Shown here: one piece after another, positions 56,045 to 64,000 of the stretch | Position numbering within the stretch: the stretch's first letter is position 1 | How the letters are laid out: every line of letters starts with the position of its first letter | Origin: Candidatus Aenigmatarchaeota archaeon | GTDB taxonomy: Archaea > Aenigmatarchaeota > Aenigmatarchaeia > Aenigmatarchaeales > Aenigmatarchaeaceae | Assembly (NCBI GenBank): GCA_043802485.1 | Contig: JAZDKZ010000007.1 | Location: forward strand, 1-64,000 | Direction of reading: 5' to 3' | DNA length: 64,000 bases | The notes under the pieces: model-generated | Database searches by the model: none | What the model saw: the letters and a program-made list of their open reading frames with translations, nothing else | What the model was told of the DNA's origin: nothing | Made by a program: the position numbers and the translations under genes

Positions 56045-56527
56045 ATGGCAGAGAAGACGTATCTGGTGTTCCATCCCACAAGGCTGGCATTCATCAAACT
56101 GTATATTTTATTCTTAATCTTCATTGTAACAGGAGCAGCGTTGCTGCTTTCCATGTTCGGATTGCTGCCGTTTGATGTGCCGCTTCCTGAGGAATATTCA
56201 CTCTATGCAGCAGCGGTTTCTATTGTCATTGGGATTGTTTTGCTGATAGTAGCGGAAATAAAGCATAGAATCGACACCTACATAATGACCAATTACAGGA
56301 TAATAGAAAGACGAGGAATAGTGAGCATAAAGGAGGACTCTGTGGAATGGAATAACATAGCCAACTACACTTTTACGCAGAGCTTCCTGGAGAAGCTGCT
56401 GAACATAGGAACCATCAGACTGTATTCTTCGGGCGGGGTAGAGCATGAAGCAGAGGTTTTAATCAAGAAAACGCCTCACATAAAGAAAATAAGATTTCTT
56501 TTGGACAAATTGATACAGAGAGGGTAA
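56045..56527 (+). CDS. Membrane protein with bacterial PH (bPH_2) domain
   Basis: Two TM then YIMTNYRIIERRGI...QSFLEKLLNIGTI. Confidence 0.85.
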   Translation: MAEKTYLVFHPTRLAFIKLYILFLIFIVTGAALLLSMFGLLPFDVPLPEEYSLYAAAVSIVIGIVLLIVAEIKHRIDTYIMTNYRIIERRGIVSIKEDSVEWNNIANYTFTQSFLEKLLNIGTIRLYSSGGVEHEAEVLIKKTPHIKKIRFLLDKLIQRG

Positions 56528-56564
56528 TGTCTTATAAATATTCATGTTTTAATTAAATTAGCAA

Positions 56565-56636
56565 GGGCCCATGGTCTAGCGGTATGACGCCACCTTGACA
56601 GGGTGGAGGCCGAGAGTTCGAATCTCTCTGGGCCCA
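56565..56636 (+). tRNA. tRNA-Val(GAC), no intron
   Basis: GGGCCCA/TGGGCCC acceptor, CCACC-TTGACAG-GGTGG arm, GAGAG-TTCGAAT-CTCTC. Confidence 0.95.
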
Positions 56637-56650
56637 CTCATAGTGTTTTG

Positions 56651-59047
56651 ATGAAAATCTTTGCGGACTTGCATTTGCACAGCCATTACAGCAGAGCCAC
56701 TTCCAACAGGATGAACATAGAGAACCTGGAGAGATACGGCAAACTGAAAGGATTAAATCTCATAGGCACAGGAGACTTTACCCATCCGCTCTGGCTGAAA
56801 GAGCTTAAGGGAATCCTAAAAGAAGTGGACGGCTTCTACAAGTACAAGGAAAGCAGCGTCTCTTTTGTTCTTCAGGCAGAGGTCGCCATTATCTACAGGC
56901 AGGATGAAAAGTCAAGAAGGGTGCATCTTGTCCTTCTTGCGCCAAGCTTTGGTGTTGTCGACCAGGTTAACGATTTTTTATCAAAATATGGAAAGCTAGC
57001 ATCAGACGGCAGGCCCATTCTTACAAAGATAGACTGCGCGGAACTGACGGAAAGGCTGATGCAGATATCAAAGGATATTATGGTTATACCCGCACACTGT
57101 CTATTACCGAACACAAAAATTATTGCCAATCCAGAAGTCAAAAGCATAGAAGATGTTAAAAGGGGGGATTTTGTATATACGCACACGGGACTGAAGAGAA
57201 AAGTAACAAAGGTCTTTTCCCATAGGTATAGAGGAAAACTGCTCAAAATCACACCCTGGTATTTTTCTGTTGAAACCCCTTCAACACCTGAACACCCTTT
57301 CCTAGCTATAAAAACCAAAAAAAACTGCTCTTGGACCAGTGGAATTTGCAAACCGTCAGAAACTCATTTGAAAAGGTGTAATTCAGAGGAGCACAAAAAG
57401 TATCATCCCGAATGGATACAAGCTAAGAATCTAGAGATTGGGGATGTTTTGGTTTATCCAAGATTCAGAGAGAAAAACATAGATGTCGGCCATATAGCGT
57501 TTGGAGACAGAAAAATTGAATTAGATAGAGATTTCTGCAGGCTTGTTGGATATTACCTTGCGGAAGGCTACACTCAAGGCAATGAAGCGATAACATTTAC
57601 GTTCAATAAAAAAGAGAAAGGCTATGTTTTTGATGTGTGTTTTCTAATGAGAAAAATATTCGGTTTGAAACCATCTAAAGGAAAAACAGAAAGTGATGCC
57701 ATATTCTATTCCAAGGCCATAACTGAAAAATTTAAAGAGCTGTTTTATACTAGAAAGCCGTATAGGGCGTTTAACAAAAAATTGCCAGAGGACTTTATTT
57801 ACCTGCCAGAAGAAAAGCAAGTCGAAATTCTCAAAGGCTGGTGGAGAGGCGACAAAGGAAGCACATCATCCAGATTATTGGCGAATCAAATGAAAATTGT
57901 CTGTTTAAGATTAGGCATAATACCATCCTTTACAATCGACACTGTGCAGTCCCATAAAGAAAGGGGCAAACATTTAATAGGGGATAGAGAAATCCGAGCA
58001 AAGCATGACAATTTCATACTTCACCGATTGAGCTTTTTTGAAGACAGACTCAACCTGCTGAAGGATCCCGCATTTAAAAAATGCGTATCAAAAACAAAGA
58101 TGAGGCATGGGTGGCTGGATGGAAGGTTTATTTACATACCCATAAGAAAAATAGACATTGCTTTTTACGACGGCAATGTACTAAATTTAGAGGTCGAGAA
58201 AGATAATTCATACTTGACTGAATCTGCTGCTGTTCATAATTGCTGGACGCCGTGGTTCGCGCTTTTTGGCAGCAAGTCAGGCTTTGACAGGATAGAGGAC
58301 TGCTTCAAGGACCAGACAAAGAACATATTCGCCTTGGAGACAGGCCTTTCAAGCGATCCGGCAATGAACTGGCGCCTGTCCGCCTTGGACAAATACACGC
58401 TGATAAGCAACAGCGACTCTCACAGTCCCTGGCCGTCAAGGATAGGTAGGGAGGCGAATGTCTTCAATGCTGAAATGACCTACAAGGACGTGTTAGATGT
58501 TCTGAAGAAGAAGGACCCTAAAAGATTCCTTTACACGATAGAGGTCGACCCGTCATGGGGTAAGTACCACTGGGACGGCCACAGGGCATGCAACGTCTGC
58601 ATGAGCCCGAAGGAATCGCTAAAGCACAAGAACATTTGCCCTGTCTGTAAAAGGGAACTGACCATAGGCGTTGAGCACCGCGTCGAGGAATTAGCAGACA
58701 GGGAAGATGGCTTCAGGCCTGATGGAGCGATACCATTCAAGAAGATTATACCCCTTTCTGAATTGATAGCAACAGTGTACAACACCCAATCTTTCGCGAA
58801 AAAGGTGTGGGCAGAGTCATCCAAATTATTGAACGAGTTCGGCTCAGAGTTCAAGGTCCTTTTGGAGACGCCGGAGGAGAACCTGAGAATAGTGACGCAT
58901 GAGAAGATTGCCAAGCTGATAATAAAGAACCGGAACGGCGATTTGAAAATACACCCTGGCTACGACGGCGAATACGGCAAGCTTATCCTCGAAGAAGAGG
59001 GCTACATCAAACAGCCACAAAAGAGACTGGACTCTTTCACAAAATAA
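56651..59047 (+). CDS. endoQ: Endonuclease Q family (PHP plus Zn) with intein; mature about 417 aa
   Basis: DLHLHSHYSRATS, GTGDFTHP, PAH-[intein]-CWTPW, ETGLSSD, NSDSHS, GKYH...CNVC...CPVC, PGYDGEYG. Confidence 0.9.
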   Translation: MKIFADLHLHSHYSRATSNRMNIENLERYGKLKGLNLIGTGDFTHPLWLKELKGILKEVDGFYKYKESSVSFVLQAEVAIIYRQDEKSRRVHLVLLAPSFGVVDQVNDFLSKYGKLASDGRPILTKIDCAELTERLMQISKDIMVIPAHCLLPNTKIIANPEVKSIEDVKRGDFVYTHTGLKRKVTKVFSHRYRGKLLKITPWYFSVETPSTPEHPFLAIKTKKNCSWTSGICKPSETHLKRCNSEEHKKYHPEWIQAKNLEIGDVLVYPRFREKNIDVGHIAFGDRKIELDRDFCRLVGYYLAEGYTQGNEAITFTFNKKEKGYVFDVCFLMRKIFGLKPSKGKTESDAIFYSKAITEKFKELFYTRKPYRAFNKKLPEDFIYLPEEKQVEILKGWWRGDKGSTSSRLLANQMKIVCLRLGIIPSFTIDTVQSHKERGKHLIGDREIRAKHDNFILHRLSFFEDRLNLLKDPAFKKCVSKTKMRHGWLDGRFIYIPIRKIDIAFYDGNVLNLEVEKDNSYLTESAAVHNCWTPWFALFGSKSGFDRIEDCFKDQTKNIFALETGLSSDPAMNWRLSALDKYTLISNSDSHSPWPSRIGREANVFNAEMTYKDVLDVLKKKDPKRFLYTIEVDPSWGKYHWDGHRACNVCMSPKESLKHKNICPVCKRELTIGVEHRVEELADREDGFRPDGAIPFKKIIPLSELIATVYNTQSFAKKVWAESSKLLNEFGSEFKVLLETPEENLRIVTHEKIAKLIIKNRNGDLKIHPGYDGEYGKLILEEEGYIKQPQKRLDSFTK
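57098..58240 (+). mobile_element. Intein (381 aa) with LAGLIDADG endonuclease domain
   Basis: Starts CLLPNTKII, block B TPEHPFL, LVGYYLAEG, ends VLNLEVEKDNSYLTESAAVHN, followed by Cys +1; AT-richer than the exteins. Confidence 0.95.
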
Positions 59048-59085
59048 AAAAGAAGTAGAGAAACCATAGCTTCTCCAAAAAAAGT

Positions 59086-60054
59086 CTATCTTCCAGAAAC
59101 ACTAACGCTAGCTGTTCTCTCAGCCATGTAACCGTATGTTGCGGTTACTGTGAGCTGATACGACTGCATTGTTGTCGGCGCGCTGTCAATTGTCAAATCA
59201 CAGGACAGTGTTATGTCTCTTCCTGCTACCAGTTCCTGCTCGCCTTCGCAGCTTTCGAAACCGGAAAGACCAGATGCCTCTATGTCAATCTCAACTCTGT
59301 TGAGCTCTGTGTCTGCGTCCAATGACAAGTCAGGACTGCCGCTCGAATAGTCTATCGAACCAGCCTTGTATAGTGTCGATCCACCTACATTGCTAATCTT
59401 TATCTGTAGCGTGACAACGTCAGAATCCGATGCGATTATAATCGGGTCTGGAATGGCCTTTACGTACAAAGCGACAGGTCCTCCTGTTGAAGACAGGGCT
59501 GCGCTGTTAAGTGCCTTTTCAGACGCCCTTGCGGCATCAGCTTCTGCTTGTGAGTAAACCCAAACGTTTCCCGAAACAGTTGTTGAATAGTCATAGTAGA
59601 CTCTACCTATGAAGATATCGTTCCTAATAGTTCCCTTTGATATCCCCGTCGGTGATGAGAGTGTATATGTAACGGTCTGCTCTCCTGCAGGTGTTCCCCT
59701 CACAGGGTCCTCAGGATTGAGAGCCTTTGTCAATGCAGTGTAAACGCTATCAGTTGTTCCCCTACCGCTCCAGTACAAACCGTCTGACAAGTCGTCCTTG
59801 ACACCAGAACCTGTAAGGTATATTATCGCGTCATCCATGTCAACTGCTGCCCCGCCCAGGTTGCTCACCGTCATCATCACTCTTCCTGATGAAGTGGTGT
59901 AAACCTCGGTCGGATCCGCAGTAAACTCTGTTATGACTAGGCCGTTACCCCCAACAACCGTTGTCGTTGTCTGCAGCCAAGAAGACATGTCTCCTTGTAT
60001 ACATCCAGCTACAAGCATGGTGGATAAAACTGCCAATAAAATTGCTTTTCTCAT
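59086..60054 (-). CDS. Surface lipoprotein (tandem Ig-like folds)
   Basis: Lipobox LVAGC; close paralog of 60116-61051. Confidence 0.85.
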   Translation of the reverse strand: MRKAILLAVLSTMLVAGCIQGDMSSWLQTTTTVVGGNGLVITEFTADPTEVYTTSSGRVMMTVSNLGGAAVDMDDAIIYLTGSGVKDDLSDGLYWSGRGTTDSVYTALTKALNPEDPVRGTPAGEQTVTYTLSSPTGISKGTIRNDIFIGRVYYDYSTTVSGNVWVYSQAEADAARASEKALNSAALSSTGGPVALYVKAIPDPIIIASDSDVVTLQIKISNVGGSTLYKAGSIDYSSGSPDLSLDADTELNRVEIDIEASGLSGFESCEGEQELVAGRDITLSCDLTIDSAPTTMQSYQLTVTATYGYMAERTASVSVSGR

Positions 60055-60115
60055 TTGTTCACCTTTACTATGAAGAATTGTAAAGTTGATATTTATAATT
60101 TGTGGTAGAAGGCAA

Positions 60116-61051
60116 CTATCTGCCCTGGACTGTCACGGAAGCGGTCCTTTCGGTGTAGTAGCCATAGTCTACGGTGACATCAAACTGGAACGACTGGAAG
60201 GTTGATACATCAGTAGTGACGTCTATATCACAGACTATTGTCATGTCCCTTCCTGCTACCAGTTCCTGGTCATCCAGACTCTGGCATTCTGAATCCAGAG
60301 TCAAACCAGACCCAACATCTATGCTCACATCCACCCTGTTTATTTCTTCCATGGTTAATGTGACATCACTACTGTCACTACCATAGGGTATGGCACCTGG
60401 CGAATATATCGTACCTGACGCGAGGTTGTTTATTTTTATAAAAACAGTGAACGTGTTGCTTCCCTCATATACTATCAGGGGTGTGGGAGAGACTGAAATG
60501 CTTAGACCAACAGGACCCTTGGTATAAGTGAATGAAGGCGTGTACAACTGCCTTCCTGCTGCCCTTGCGGCATCAGCCTCAGACTCGGAATACACCCAAA
60601 CGTTCCCGTTTGCGCTAGTAGAATAATCATGATAGACTCTTGCTATGAAAATGTCGTTTCTTGTCTGTCCTGGGTCCAAATCAGGCGCAGTCAGAGTTTC
60701 TGAGTACCTGTAAGTAGACGGTGGGACACCTCTCACAACGTCCTCAGCCCTCATTTCCTTGTCAAGGGTCTCGAAATCGGCCACCGAACCAAACCAGTCA
60801 ACAAAGTTCGAACCTGTGACATATATCTTTGAACCACCGTCAGCAACGGTTGTTCCTCCGCGGTTTTCAATTTCCATGACAAGCCTGACAGAACTGCCAC
60901 TGAATATGGATGTTGGCTCTGCCGTGAAGCTGATAATCTCCAGCCCGCTGCCGCCTGTTAAAGAACTACCGCCCAGATTTCCCATGTCAATGTCTACACA
61001 ACCGGCTACAAGAAGCACTGATAAAACTGATAGCAAAATTTTTGATTTCAT
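60116..61051 (-). CDS. Surface lipoprotein (tandem Ig-like folds)
   Basis: Lipobox LVAGC; RNDIFIARVYHDYST, GNVWVYS..EADAARA, QELVAGRD shared with neighbour. Confidence 0.85.
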   Translation of the reverse strand: MKSKILLSVLSVLLVAGCVDIDMGNLGGSSLTGGSGLEIISFTAEPTSIFSGSSVRLVMEIENRGGTTVADGGSKIYVTGSNFVDWFGSVADFETLDKEMRAEDVVRGVPPSTYRYSETLTAPDLDPGQTRNDIFIARVYHDYSTSANGNVWVYSESEADAARAAGRQLYTPSFTYTKGPVGLSISVSPTPLIVYEGSNTFTVFIKINNLASGTIYSPGAIPYGSDSSDVTLTMEEINRVDVSIDVGSGLTLDSECQSLDDQELVAGRDMTIVCDIDVTTDVSTFQSFQFDVTVDYGYYTERTASVTVQGR

Positions 61052-61112
61052 CTTTTCACTCTAAAATAAGATTATCAAATTGGTATTTATAATTTGCAGT
61101 AAACACACTACA

Positions 61113-62162
61113 TCATGTACTGCAACAACATTTGCCTTCATCTTGGCAATCAATTGCCATAAAATTGCAGGTTCCACCAGTACAATCTCCTGTATCGATA
61201 CACCTACCTGTACTAAGTGTGAACATTTCAGAGCACAGTGTTCCTTCTTCAGTCCCAGTTTCTTCGCTAGAACCACCAGAAGTTTCAGTGACCAATCTGC
61301 TTGGTTTAACTTTTACAGTAACAGACTTGTCTATCATGTATGTGTATTCTGCGGTTATGTTCATGGTCTCTATGCTTATGGGCTGGCCTATATTGTCAGT
61401 TGTAAAGTAGCAGGTCTTCCTCGGCGCCTTGTTGTTTATGAAGTTCAACTTGTCGCCACTGGAGCCACCAGCGCATGATGTAATTCGCATGTTTCCGGCA
61501 CCATTGACTTGTATGCTGTTGTCGTTGTTGTAGACTGTCAGGAAGCCATCCCCAACGTTGTAATAATCAATGTAAAAGCTGTATTCGCTAGTATCCGCTA
61601 AAAAGGGCTGCTTTTCAGGAAAGGTCAGCACTATGTTAAAGGGCGATTTCGAAGAGCTTTTCTGCACAGGAATGTTGTACAAAGTACCCTTTACCTGCCT
61701 CGACAAGTACTCGTCCTGGGACAGCACCACAATGTCATTATAGAGCGTTAAATCGCTCGTGAAAGTAGCACTTATCTTGATTTCACAGTCCTTCTCAAGG
61801 CGCGTATAACCTGTTTCCCATTCCCATCTCCAACTATCAGACTGATTAGGCTTCAGAGTACCGATATTTCTGACTGAAGCAGTTCTCTCAGAACCTTCAT
61901 CAGTTATAAAAACGCAAGTGTCATAAGCCTTCACACTCAAACCCCTTATTTCAAAAGCATTGTTGTTTGTCACATCAATTATCAGATTCAATGTTCTGTA
62001 TGGAACGACCTCGGTAGGTATTGTTTGAACATTAAAGTCAAGATACTGGACTTGGCTTAGACTCTGACCGCTGGGAAGCGACGGCAACGGCAGGTCAAAT
62101 GGCATGCCAGCGCACATAGAAGTAAACAACAATAGCAACAGCAAAGCATAGAGATACTTCAT
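61113..62162 (-). CDS. Surface lipoprotein with C-terminal 8-Cys domain
   Basis: Lipobox-like FTSMC; tail CSEMFTLSTGRCIDTGDCTGGTCNFMAIDCQDEGKCCC. Confidence 0.8.
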   Translation of the reverse strand: MKYLYALLLLLLFTSMCAGMPFDLPLPSLPSGQSLSQVQYLDFNVQTIPTEVVPYRTLNLIIDVTNNNAFEIRGLSVKAYDTCVFITDEGSERTASVRNIGTLKPNQSDSWRWEWETGYTRLEKDCEIKISATFTSDLTLYNDIVVLSQDEYLSRQVKGTLYNIPVQKSSSKSPFNIVLTFPEKQPFLADTSEYSFYIDYYNVGDGFLTVYNNDNSIQVNGAGNMRITSCAGGSSGDKLNFINNKAPRKTCYFTTDNIGQPISIETMNITAEYTYMIDKSVTVKVKPSRLVTETSGGSSEETGTEEGTLCSEMFTLSTGRCIDTGDCTGGTCNFMAIDCQDEGKCCCST

Positions 62163-62192
62163 AAAGAATAATTAGAGCCTATTAAAATAAGT

Positions 62193-63113
62193 TTATGCTG
62201 TCAACGGGTTGACATTCACGCTAACTTCCTTCAACACCTCGTACACATAACTGTGGAAATAGGCGTTCAAAAAGTACGTCTGCTCTATGTCCACTTTGTC
62301 CTCTCCTGGAACCATCAAGGAGCACTTTATTTTGTATGTCTTCTTCCCGACAAGCGGAATTGAATCAATGTTAGTATAATAACCAGCATAACCAGACGGC
62401 CCCATAGCTGCGCAATCACTTTCAATCACATCAAACCCACCAGGAATTCCGAGAAAAAGCTCTCCCTGAGCAACCTCATCAAAAAGACCACTGCCTTTGT
62501 TCTGAACTGTGATATAGACAGGCAGGATGCTTCCTGTCCTAATTGGCAAGGCAGCGCCCAGCTCCATGTATATCTTGATAGGTCCTCTGCCAACAGTCAG
62601 TGTCGGGATGAAGGTCGTGAACTCTCCTGCCTGCTGCAGCTGTGTGTACCTTTCACTGCTAATCACATTCACCTCTATCTCAGACTCTGAAAAATAGCTA
62701 TAGCTGACTTTGAACCTAACCGGACAAGCTGTCTTTATGTAGGCGATATCCTGACTTATAGGGGTCTTGAAGGTCCATTCGACGAATTCTACCTGGCCCG
62801 GAACAAAGGGATCAACGAATGTTCTACTTTTCAAACCTGTTATCGGGTCTCCGCACAGACCAGCGTCCAGAACACGGTAACTGACATCATAAACAGGGTC
62901 ATCTTCCTCGTAATTGACTATATTGAACGACAAAGAAAATTGGTCTCCTGCAATTATGGGCGGTGCTGGGAGGACGTTAATATTCTCGACGCTTATCACA
63001 TCCTCGGGCATCTCCTTCACTTCTTCCTTTTGCCCAAAGATGTTAAAGCCTGGCAGTCCCGTGCAACCCGAGACTAGCAAAACCAGAACCAAAAGCGCGA
63101 TTATTTTTCTCAT
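62193..63113 (-). CDS. Surface lipoprotein (tandem Ig-like folds)
   Basis: Lipobox LVSGC; GPIKI, I.VQNKGSG motifs shared with the array. Confidence 0.85.
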   Translation of the reverse strand: MRKIIALLVLVLLVSGCTGLPGFNIFGQKEEVKEMPEDVISVENINVLPAPPIIAGDQFSLSFNIVNYEEDDPVYDVSYRVLDAGLCGDPITGLKSRTFVDPFVPGQVEFVEWTFKTPISQDIAYIKTACPVRFKVSYSYFSESEIEVNVISSERYTQLQQAGEFTTFIPTLTVGRGPIKIYMELGAALPIRTGSILPVYITVQNKGSGLFDEVAQGELFLGIPGGFDVIESDCAAMGPSGYAGYYTNIDSIPLVGKKTYKIKCSLMVPGEDKVDIEQTYFLNAYFHSYVYEVLKEVSVNVNPLTA

Positions 63114-63144
63114 CTTATCATTCCTTTTTTGTTAGATTAAACCC

Positions 63145-64000
63145 TTATGTCCCAAAGGGGGCAATAGCAACCTGTATATTGACGTTCTTAGTGTCCATGT
63201 ATTCGTACGAGGCCACGCCTGTTATCAGCCTTGTTATTATGCTTTGATCATCAAAACCGTCGAGGTTAGGCTTTATTAAAAAGACCACGGTCCTGTATTC
63301 ACCAGGACCTATCTGAGGTATTCTATTATCAATATCAGAAAAGTAAGTACATGTTATTTCACCGCTACCAAATGTATCACCTTCTGTACAACCACTAAAT
63401 GTAGACGCTTCTATTTCTATTGGTTGTTCATCATTGAGTATCTGTGGAACGTATATTTTCAAATCATCTACAAAAGTTATGTTTCCCCTGCCTTCGTTCT
63501 TGAGAGAAACTCTTATCAAAGTCTCTTCACCATCCCTTATGGGCTGGCGCTGGCAGTATATGGTAGCCTTGACAGGACCGCCCGTGTACTCTGAAATCAG
63601 TTCCTCTAGCTTTATCTCCCTCGCCTGAAGCAATCTATAATATTCATTCAAAGGTATGACATCAATCGGTATCGAGACATTGACATTGTAATTATAATTG
63701 TAAGACGCCCTGACCTTCACAGTTTCACCGGAATGAGCGTATACAGCTCCAGGTGAACACGATGATGTAGGAGTGTCACAGTTCTCTGCATCAACAGGAC
63801 AACAATAGCCAAGTTCTCCCCAACCATCTCTGCTGAATTTGAACGTAGCGAATTTTATCTCAGTCGGATATATTACTCTGCCCCAATAACAAGAATCAGT
63901 TGATTCCACAGGACTACCAGAATCACTACTACAGGTAATCGGTTCCAAAGACCCTACGGATGTTTCAGGTTCAACGTTTGAAGCAGTCGTTCTTTTCCAG
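63145..64000 (-). CDS. Surface protein of the same family, 5' end beyond window
   Basis: Frame open to 64000 (WKRTTASNVEPETSVGSLEPI...); YNYNY, GGPVKA, LKNEGRG motifs. Confidence 0.8.
   Translation of the reverse strand, partial: WKRTTASNVEPETSVGSLEPITCSSDSGSPVESTDSCYWGRVIYPTEIKFATFKFSRDGWGELGYCCPVDAENCDTPTSSCSPGAVYAHSGETVKVRASYNYNYNVNVSIPIDVIPLNEYYRLLQAREIKLEELISEYTGGPVKATIYCQRQPIRDGEETLIRVSLKNEGRGNITFVDDLKIYVPQILNDEQPIEIEASTFSGCTEGDTFGSGEITCTYFSDIDNRIPQIGPGEYRTVVFLIKPNLDGFDDQSIITRLITGVASYEYMDTKNVNIQVAIAPFGT

Noticed and set aside
53115..56636. Provirus or integrative element at the tRNA cluster
   Set aside because: No integrase, viral genes or exact att duplication seen.
56603..56650. EndoQ N-terminal extension
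   Set aside because: Overlaps tRNA-Val; MKIFADLHLH at 56651 is the expected PHP start.

Overview
Archaeal chromosomal window, most likely a DPANN (Aenigmarchaeota-like) genome. This is inferred from FEN1, aEF-1beta with its Zn-finger partner, a Methanococcales/DPANN-type S-layer protein, BHB-intron tRNAs, Pth2, CarS and class-III-signal and lipobox surface proteins. The main feature is missing from the ORF track: one uninterrupted minus-strand ORF from ATG 15459 past position 1 (at least 5,153 aa). It encodes a secreted multi-CAZyme protein with four PA14 domains, five clan GH-A TIM barrels, two right-handed beta-helices, a ConA/lyase-like jelly roll, a GH43/32/130-like beta-propeller and a heparinase-like module. 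These enzyme cassettes sit between the two halves of six split 8-cysteine motifs. The rest of the window holds: an orphan DNA methyltransferase, a GNAT and FEN1; tetraether synthase (Tes) plus other lipid genes; a roughly 14.5 kb glycogen/gluconeogenesis cluster; the S-layer locus; four tRNAs, three with 12-15 nt introns; a frameshifted LAGLIDADG-like gene after tRNA-Thr, ending at a tRNA 3' remnant; an intein-containing EndoQ; and a tandem array of at least five surface lipoproteins. All functional calls are from motif recognition, not database searches.
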